The position numbers were made by a program, and so were the translations under genes. Of a stretch of 64,000 bases of DNA, positions 57,664 through 64,000 are shown piece after piece. A model generated the notes under the pieces. That model made no database searches. It saw only the letters and a program-made list of their open reading frames with translations, and was not told the DNA's origin. Every line of letters starts with the position of its first letter. Position 1 is the stretch's first letter. The DNA is from Nanobdellota archaeon (GTDB lineage Archaea > Nanobdellota > Nanobdellia > Pacearchaeales > GW2011-AR1). The stretch is taken from positions 167,037 to 231,036 of the forward strand of contig JANLHN010000003.1 of NCBI GenBank assembly GCA_024654505.1, read 5' to 3'.

Positions 57664-58360
57664 AATAATCAAGGTTCCGGCAATAAATGGTCTTGGGATG
57701 ACTGAGGGGACAGAATTGGGTCCTGATAGGATTTCTGAAGAAGGAGAAGTCTTGAAAGTTGATAGGGGTAATGTTCATGAGCAAGAAAAAATAATTTATG
57801 AAAAAGCTAAGAGTTTAAACGAGAAAGTTATTTTTATTGGAGGAGACCACTCTATTAGCTATCCAATAACAAGGGCTTTTTTTGAAAAAAACCCTGCTTT
57901 GAAAATTATTGTTCTTGATGCTCATCCAGATTTGATGCCTCCCATGAAAAATCCAACGCATGAAGAGTGGTTGAGTGCTCTAATTGCGAAGGGGTTTAAG
58001 GCAGAAAATGTTCTGTTAATTGGAGCCAGGAATATTGATCCTAAAGAAAAGGATTATTCTGTTGAAACAATTGTAATTGAAGATATTGGGTTTTGCGATA
58101 AAAAGATTAATGATTTTGTTGGGAATGGTCCGATTTATTTATCTATAGATATTGATTTTTTTGATGCAGAGGTTGCTCCGGCAACTGGATATCCTGAGAA
58201 GAATGGTGCTGAAAGGGGAGAGGGGTTGAGTTTAATTAAGGAAATTGTTAGCTCGGGAAATATTATTGGAGCAGATATTGTAGAGGTTAATCCTACTAAG
58301 CGGGGAGCTGAAAAGACTATTGGATTGGCTAGGGAGATTATAGAAATACTTAAAAAGTGA
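57656..58360 (+). CDS. speB: Agmatinase / arginase-family ureohydrolase
   Basis: IGGDHSISY, VLDAHPDL and LSIDIDFFD are the three metal-binding signatures of the arginase fold. The start was trimmed to MVKIIKV. Confidence 0.8.
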   Translation: MVKIIKVPAINGLGMTEGTELGPDRISEEGEVLKVDRGNVHEQEKIIYEKAKSLNEKVIFIGGDHSISYPITRAFFEKNPALKIIVLDAHPDLMPPMKNPTHEEWLSALIAKGFKAENVLLIGARNIDPKEKDYSVETIVIEDIGFCDKKINDFVGNGPIYLSIDIDFFDAEVAPATGYPEKNGAERGEGLSLIKEIVSSGNIIGADIVEVNPTKRGAEKTIGLAREIIEILKK

Positions 58361-58444
58361 CTTTTGTCTTTTATCTTCATGAGTATGACACTGGCAATTC
58401 CGATTCCAATTTTTGATTAAATTAGTCTTTACTCTTTATATCTT

Positions 58445-59380
58445 ATGAAAAAAGTTAAGGATTTTTTGTGGCAGCCTAACATGACTGTTAGCGAAATGGT
58501 GAACTCTTTTGGTAGTCTTGGCTATCAATCTATTGAACTTCATGAAGCTATGAATGTTGTTCTCAAAATGAAGCGTTCAAATTCTAAAATTTTTTTGACT
58601 TTTACTTCGAACATGGTTACCTCTGGTCTTCGTGGTTTTTTTGCTCAGTTGTGTAAGATGAAGGTCCCGAATATTTTGGTTACCACTTCTGGTTCTATTG
58701 AAGAAGATTTGATGAAATCTTTGGGTGAAGAGTTTGAGTTGTCCAATTTTCATGCTGATGATACTGCCCTTCATGAGCGTGGGGAAAATCGTGTGGGTAA
58801 CCTTGTTATTCATAATGAATCATATATGAAATTTGAAGATAAGATGTCTGATTTATTATTAAAAGTTTATGAAAAGAAAAAAAGGATTTCTTCTTCGGAA
58901 CTTTTGAGAGAGATTGGTTTGATGTTGGATGATGAGAGTTCTATTTTGTACCAGGCTGCAAGGAATGATATTCCAATTTACTGCCCGGGTATTGCTGATT
59001 CTTCTTTTGGTTTTCAGTTGTTTATGTTTCAACAAAAGAATCCAGATTTTATTGTAGATACAATTTTAGATATGGGCCGTGTTGTTACTGATTTATCTTT
59101 TGATGATAAGAAAGGTTTAATTTCCTTGGGGGGGAGTATTTCAAAACACTATGCAATTTTTTCTGCTTTGTTATCTGGTGGTTTCGATTATGCGGTCTAT
59201 ATGACTACTTCTCATTCCACTTCTGGTTCTCTTTCGGGGGCCACAACTCAAGAGGCTAAGTCTTGGGGAAAATTGAAAGATGATTCCGAGGCTGCCACTG
59301 TTAATGGTGATGTTTCCATAACTTTTCCCTTAATGATGTCTGCTGCACTTGATCAAATGTCTAAGGAAGGTCTTGTTTAA
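58445..59380 (+). CDS. dys: Deoxyhypusine synthase
   Basis: FTSNMVTSGLRG and LVTTSGSIEEDLMK match the DHS NAD/spermidine-binding core. About 310 aa. Confidence 0.7.
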   Translation: MKKVKDFLWQPNMTVSEMVNSFGSLGYQSIELHEAMNVVLKMKRSNSKIFLTFTSNMVTSGLRGFFAQLCKMKVPNILVTTSGSIEEDLMKSLGEEFELSNFHADDTALHERGENRVGNLVIHNESYMKFEDKMSDLLLKVYEKKKRISSSELLREIGLMLDDESSILYQAARNDIPIYCPGIADSSFGFQLFMFQQKNPDFIVDTILDMGRVVTDLSFDDKKGLISLGGSISKHYAIFSALLSGGFDYAVYMTTSHSTSGSLSGATTQEAKSWGKLKDDSEAATVNGDVSITFPLMMSAALDQMSKEGLV

Positions 59381-60411
59381 TGGCGACCCCCCAGTTTGTT
59401 CTTTATAAATCAAAACTACTGAATCAAATTAAGATATTGGAAGATTTGGGTCTTAAAATAACTTATTCTTACAAAACAAATAGAGAAGTTGGGAAACTTA
59501 TACAAGATCTTTTTCCAAAAGTGAATTTTTCTATTCATTCTAGGGGAGAGATTAAGGAAATAAAAGATAAATCAAAAATAAGCTTTTTCACACAAGCGGA
59601 ATCTGTAGAAGAATTAAAAGAACTTTTGTTTCTTGGTGTAAAAGATTTTGTTGTAGATAATGAAATAGATTTACAAAGAATTCTTGGAGCAATACAAGAA
59701 ACGAAGATAAAAATCTCTTTATCTCTTAGAATGAAGTTTAAAGAACACCGGATTGGAAGTGGAAAATATTTTATTTACGGTCTTAGTTCAAAAAAAGTAA
59801 ATGAGTTGCTTTTGAATTTGAAAAAAAATGGATTTATTGAAAGGTTGGGGGTGCATACCCATCGAAAATCGCAAAATACAAGTGAGTGGGAAATTGTAGA
59901 AGAGTTGGATGATTCTCTAACCTCCGAATCTTTAGATGTTTTGGACTTTGTTAATTTGGGTGGGGGCCTTCCAGTGGAATATAGAGCCTACACTCCAAAA
60001 ATATTCCCCTATATATTCAATAAACTTAAATCTGCAAAAGAATTCTTAGAAAAGAGAAATATTTCTGTGATTATCGAGCCAGGGAGATTCTTAGCAGCTC
60101 CTTGTATTAATTTAGAGATGAGTATTATCCAAATCTATGGGAGAAATCTTATTGTGGATACCACAATTTATAATTGTGCTTTAGATACTATTCTTACGGG
60201 GACTAAAATGTTAGTTGAAGGAGAGTTAGAAAATGGGAACGATTATTTAATCAAAGGGAATTCTCCAACCAGAGATGATATTTTTCGTTATAATGTTAAA
60301 CTTGACAATCCACAAGTTGGAGATAAGATTATTTTTTTGAATGCTGGTGCTTATAACTACACTACAGATTTTTTTGGTTATACGAAGATTCCTACCTTGA
60401 TCACCAACTAA
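59380..60411 (+). CDS. PLP-dependent group IV decarboxylase (Orn/Arg/DAP decarboxylase family). It is a probable arginine or ornithine decarboxylase in a polyamine cluster
   Basis: YSYKTN (PLP-Lys motif like YAVKAN), GGG, EPGR (IIEPGRFLAAPC). Follows agmatinase and DHS. Confidence 0.7.
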   Translation: MATPQFVLYKSKLLNQIKILEDLGLKITYSYKTNREVGKLIQDLFPKVNFSIHSRGEIKEIKDKSKISFFTQAESVEELKELLFLGVKDFVVDNEIDLQRILGAIQETKIKISLSLRMKFKEHRIGSGKYFIYGLSSKKVNELLLNLKKNGFIERLGVHTHRKSQNTSEWEIVEELDDSLTSESLDVLDFVNLGGGLPVEYRAYTPKIFPYIFNKLKSAKEFLEKRNISVIIEPGRFLAAPCINLEMSIIQIYGRNLIVDTTIYNCALDTILTGTKMLVEGELENGNDYLIKGNSPTRDDIFRYNVKLDNPQVGDKIIFLNAGAYNYTTDFFGYTKIPTLITN

Positions 60412-60679
60412 TGGTCTTTGGTTCCCTTCTTGTATATTGGATTTCACCTTCCAATTCATAGACTTCTATACTAGTTTCAACTTGGTCGTCAAAATATCTT
60501 ATCTGGTATTCTCTATCGTTTTCTGGATTGAAGATTTCTATTATCATTTCATTGGTGTCTTTATGTGCTTGGAATAAGTAATGTTTGTCTACTTTCATTT
60601 CTTTCCCATTTATGAAAACCTTGTCTCCTTCCTTAATCTTCGCGATAGGCTTGGATTGTTTTTCAATTTTGATATCCAT
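60401..60679 (-). CDS. Hypothetical small protein
   Basis: 92 aa with no motif. Confidence 0.35.
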   Translation of the reverse strand: MDIKIEKQSKPIAKIKEGDKVFINGKEMKVDKHYLFQAHKDTNEMIIEIFNPENDREYQIRYFDDQVETSIEVYELEGEIQYTRREPKTISW

Positions 60680-60711
60680 GTTTTTAGAAGATGATTTTGG
60701 TTTTTAAAGAT

Positions 60712-62163
60712 TTAGTAACTCTTTCCAGCATAAACAACTGCTGTGGCTTTCTTCCCGCAGAAGGGGCATTTATCTTTTGGTTTTTCACTTTTATCTGCTC
60801 TTGTCCCCATAACTCTGGCCATTAATTCTTTTTCAATATAAGCTGCGCATTTTTCTCCGGCCTTGTCCGCGGAGCAAAAATCAAATCTGGCGATGTTTCC
60901 AGAATCTAGAGCTTTCTTTATGCTTAATTTATCAGAGCAATTTGCAATTCTCTTCTTAAAAAATTCATCTGCCTTTGCAATTAATCTTGCATCAAATTCT
61001 GCTCCCAAGTCTTTTATTTCTTCAATTAAGTCTTTTAGGTTCACTGAAACTTTCTGTTTTGTGTCCCTAATAAAAATTGTAGCCTTTCCAGATTTCATTT
61101 CATTTTCTCCTAGTTCAATTCTAAATGGAACACCCTTCATCTCCCAATGAAAGAATTTTTCTCCAGGTCTCTTATCTGAATCATCAACTTCTGCGTCGAT
61201 GTTTTCTAAGAAAAGTGTATTCTTTATTCTCCTTGCCTCATCGTTTATCTCGTCTTTGTTCTTAGCAGAATGAAATGGTATAATAACTACTTGGATAGGA
61301 GATAAAGTGTAAGGTAATATTAATCCATTATCATCTCCGTGAAGAGAAATTACTGAAGCCATAATTCTTGAAATTGCAGGTCCATAACATGTTTGCCAGA
61401 CGTATTGTTCTTTTTCTTTCTTGTCTATATATTTAACATTGAATGCTTTTGCGAATGATTGATTTAGCAAATGAGTTGAGGGTTGTTGGATTATCTTTCC
61501 ATCAGGTAACATTGAATCGCTCGCAACAGTATACTCTGCTCCTGGAAATTTATCCCATTCGGGTCTTCTCATTGGAAGGAAAGGGACTCCAAAAATTTTA
61601 TGCATAACTGCCTCAGTCATATCAATATCATCTTGAACTTGTGTTTCTGCTTCTTTTCTAGTTGCAAAACAATCATGTGCTTCAATCCAATAGAATTCTC
61701 TCGCCCTTATGAGGGGCCTTGTTGCCTTTGTTTCATATCTAAAAACATTCGCCCTTTGGTATATTTTCAATGGTAAATCTCTGTGACTTCTAATCCACAT
61801 AGAGTACATTTGATACATTGATGTTTCGCTAGTTGGTCTAAGTGCCACCCTCTCTTCTCCTTGTTTACTTTCTAACCAGAAAACATCTGGACTAAATCCT
61901 TCTACATGACTGGCTTCTTTCTTGAAATTCTCTTCGGGAATTACCACTGGGAAAAAAGTAGGGTCATGGCCCGTTGCTCTTAATGCCGATTCGTATATCT
62001 TGTACATCTTCTCGATAATTTTTGCACCCCACGGCCTTATTACAACAAATCCTTTCACACCATATCTCATGTCAGTGACTTCTGCCTTGTTTAGGATTTC
62101 GGTGTACCAATTAGAGAAATCTTTTTCCTTAGATATATTGAAGGTTGTTTTCTCCTTTGCCAT
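60712..62163 (-). CDS. proS: Prolyl-tRNA synthetase, archaeal/eukaryotic type
   Basis: Class II motifs: FVVIRPWG, motif 2 region RPTSETSMY...FRYE, motif 3 region, and a C-terminal Zn-binding domain ending ...CPFCGKKATAVVYAGKSY. Confidence 0.9.
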   Translation of the reverse strand: MAKEKTTFNISKEKDFSNWYTEILNKAEVTDMRYGVKGFVVIRPWGAKIIEKMYKIYESALRATGHDPTFFPVVIPEENFKKEASHVEGFSPDVFWLESKQGEERVALRPTSETSMYQMYSMWIRSHRDLPLKIYQRANVFRYETKATRPLIRAREFYWIEAHDCFATRKEAETQVQDDIDMTEAVMHKIFGVPFLPMRRPEWDKFPGAEYTVASDSMLPDGKIIQQPSTHLLNQSFAKAFNVKYIDKKEKEQYVWQTCYGPAISRIMASVISLHGDDNGLILPYTLSPIQVVIIPFHSAKNKDEINDEARRIKNTLFLENIDAEVDDSDKRPGEKFFHWEMKGVPFRIELGENEMKSGKATIFIRDTKQKVSVNLKDLIEEIKDLGAEFDARLIAKADEFFKKRIANCSDKLSIKKALDSGNIARFDFCSADKAGEKCAAYIEKELMARVMGTRADKSEKPKDKCPFCGKKATAVVYAGKSY

Positions 62164-62235
62164 GTTAGATACAGAGGATTAGTGTATATAAAATTAATGA
62201 AAAGGTTAAAAAACCTAGTCTTGGTTTGTAAAATA

Positions 62236-62307
62236 AGGACCCGTAGTTTAATGGATAGAATACCAGGTTTCGGCCCTGTTGATGGAGGTTCGATTCCTCC
62301 CGGGTTC
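62236..62307 (+). tRNA. tRNA-Arg (anticodon TCG)
   Basis: Acceptor GGACCCG/CGGGTTC (one GU pair), discriminator G. Anticodon stem CCAGG/CCTG(T), loop TTTCGGC. T-arm GGAGG-TTCGATT-CCTCC. It lacks the flanking repeat units present at the other three tRNAs. Confidence 0.75.
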
Positions 62308-62357
62308 GTCGAAAAACATATATAAAGTAAAAAAGATAAGTTATTCTTGAGGAGATT

Positions 62358-63467
62358 ATGGATAAAAAATTCTTGGCTACGGCAGCAACATTGGCAGGAA
62401 CCATTATTGGTGCGGGAATTCTTGGACTGCCTTATGTTTTTGCTCAATCTGGATTTCTTATTGGACTTTTCTGGTTGATCTGTCTTGGAGCAATTATGCT
62501 TTTTGTTAATTTGTGTTTAGGAGAAGTTACTCTTCGAACAAGAGGGAAACATCAACTTCCTGGTTATGCAGAGAAATATCTTGGAAAGTTCGCCAAAAAA
62601 GTGATGTTCTTTGCCCTAATCTTTGGTATATATTCTGCTCTTCTCGCTTATTTAGTTGGTGAAGGACAAAGTCTTTCTCAACTTCTTCCAGGGAATATAA
62701 ATCCCTTGTTCCTTGGTTTTGGTTTTTGGTTGGTTATGACTTTGTTGCTTCGGGAAGGATTAAAAGGTCTTAAAAAAGTTGAAACTTATGGTGTTCTTGC
62801 AATTATTTTAATTATTGTGGGGGCTTTTGTTTATTTCTTTTCGCAAATAATTCCCTCTAACCTCCTTGTGGTCAATTTTCCTGATTTTGCCGCACCATTT
62901 GGAATACTTTTATTTGCCCTTATGGGATTTACTTCTATTCCAGAATTAAGAAAGGAAATTTATGGAGAAGAGAAACTTTTTAAGAAAGCAATAATTTTGG
63001 GTAGTCTAATTCCTATTATTCTTTATGTTCTATTTGTGATTACATTCATGGGGGTTCTGGGGAATAGTGTAGAAGAGGTTTCCACCCTTTCTTTTGGTCC
63101 TTTAATGGTTATTTTGGGAGTGTTTACTATGTTCACTTCCTATTTCGTCCTGTCTTACTCTTTGAGGGATACTTTCAAATATGATATTAAATTATCTAAG
63201 AGGGTGAGATTTTTTTTAATTTCTATTGTCCCTTTGATATTATATTTTCTTGTCAATTATTTTCAGATTGTGGGTTTTTCCAAGATTTTAGGTATTGGAG
63301 GTGTAGTTTCTGGGGGTTTAATGGGAATTTTGATTTTATTAATCAATAAAAAGTCTAAAAAGATGGGGAAAAGAAAGCCCGAGATTAAAATTCCCCTTAA
63401 TTGGTTATCTATAATTCTTCTTATTATTGTGTTTACTGCAGGAGTCTTTTTAGAGTTTTTTCACTAA
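62358..63467 (+). CDS. Amino-acid permease (aromatic amino acid / HAAAP-like transporter family)
   Basis: N-terminal ATLAGTIIGAGILGLPYVFAQSGF is typical of Tyr/Trp-specific permease-family transporters. About 11 TM segments. Confidence 0.65.
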   Translation: MDKKFLATAATLAGTIIGAGILGLPYVFAQSGFLIGLFWLICLGAIMLFVNLCLGEVTLRTRGKHQLPGYAEKYLGKFAKKVMFFALIFGIYSALLAYLVGEGQSLSQLLPGNINPLFLGFGFWLVMTLLLREGLKGLKKVETYGVLAIILIIVGAFVYFFSQIIPSNLLVVNFPDFAAPFGILLFALMGFTSIPELRKEIYGEEKLFKKAIILGSLIPIILYVLFVITFMGVLGNSVEEVSTLSFGPLMVILGVFTMFTSYFVLSYSLRDTFKYDIKLSKRVRFFLISIVPLILYFLVNYFQIVGFSKILGIGGVVSGGLMGILILLINKKSKKMGKRKPEIKIPLNWLSIILLIIVFTAGVFLEFFH

Positions 63468-63548
63468 AAACTTCTTTCAATAAGTTTTTAAAGTAAGTTC
63501 AAAGAACTTTCATAGAAAAACTTCTTTCAATAAGTTTTTAAACCCATT
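63466..63548. repeat. Two tandem copies of the AAAAACTTCTTTCAATAAGTTTTTAAA hairpin repeat downstream of the permease gene
   Basis: Copies start at 63466 and 63518. Same family as 42283. Confidence 0.6.
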
Positions 63549-63628
63549 TTTCCCTGTTAAATTAAGGTAAGCCCAAGCATGAAAGAATTCTATTCAAAAT
63601 TATTAAATACGTCAGGAGGAAAGAAAGA

Positions 63629-63988
63629 ATGAAGTTATATGTAGGAAATCTACCATGGAGTATTGATGATGCTGGTTTGAAGGAACTTTTTGCGGCTTAT
63701 GGAGTCGAAGAAGCAAATCTTATCACAGATAAGTACTCTCACAGGTCTAAAGGTTTTGGTTTTGTAACAATTGCAGATGACGCAGAAGCTAAGAAGGCTA
63801 TGTCTGAAATGCATGAGAAAGAAGTTGAAGGTCGAAAATTGACAGTCAGTGAAGCTAAACCAATGGTTGCACGAGACTCACCAAGAGGAAATTTTAATAG
63901 ATCTGATTCTGGTTCAAACAAAGCACCTATTGCAAATTCGGAAGAGATTGAAGAAGATTTCGAAGATTCAATGGATGACGAAGATTAA
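63629..63988 (+). CDS. RRM-domain RNA-binding protein with acidic C-terminal tail
   Basis: RNP2 LYVGNL. RNP1 KGFGFVTI. Spacing is typical of a canonical RRM. C-terminus EEIEEDFEDSMDDED. Confidence 0.75.
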   Translation: MKLYVGNLPWSIDDAGLKELFAAYGVEEANLITDKYSHRSKGFGFVTIADDAEAKKAMSEMHEKEVEGRKLTVSEAKPMVARDSPRGNFNRSDSGSNKAPIANSEEIEEDFEDSMDDED

Positions 63989-64000
63989 ATAGACCACTAA

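Overview
AT-rich (~33% GC) archaeal chromosomal segment. The archaeal assignment rests on recognisable markers: thermosome, ribosomal proteins L7Ae-S28e-L24e, L35Ae, L10e and S6e, aIF2-gamma, aIF5B, archaeal-type GluRS and ProRS, Kae1, DacZ. Gyrase (gyrB/gyrA), frequent leaderless starts and compact gene spacing suggest a small-genome lineage, possibly DPANN-like; that lineage call is inference only. Four tRNA genes are present: Gly-GCC, Tyr-GTA, Val-TAC and Arg-TCG. There are about 70 protein-coding genes. The main unexplained structure is at three of the four tRNA genes (Gly, Tyr, Val). Each is preceded by one or two ~50-60 nt units made of a copy of the tRNA's own first 14-15 nt fused to a conserved hairpin module (GTAAC-NNN-ATA-NNN'-GTTTC-TGAGA). 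The stem of that hairpin co-varies between copies while remaining paired. Each of the three is also followed by a direct repeat of its 3' terminal 13-22 nt, 70-103 bp downstream, with an inverted T-arm fragment in between. Other notable features: a ~1.3 kb GC-rich (~55%) compositional island (25926-27200) after a HerA/FtsK-like ATPase; a Cas4-like Fe-S PD-(D/E)XK nuclease module beside tRNA-Gly; a cluster of low-complexity Gly/Tyr/Ser-rich proteins including a split xylose-isomerase-like TIM barrel; several small GC-rich intergenic palindromic repeat families; two Lys-rich micro-ORFs with strong SD sequences; a shared promoter motif upstream of aIF5B and aIF2-gamma; an RRM-domain protein. No CRISPR array, rRNA gene or obvious transposase was found.
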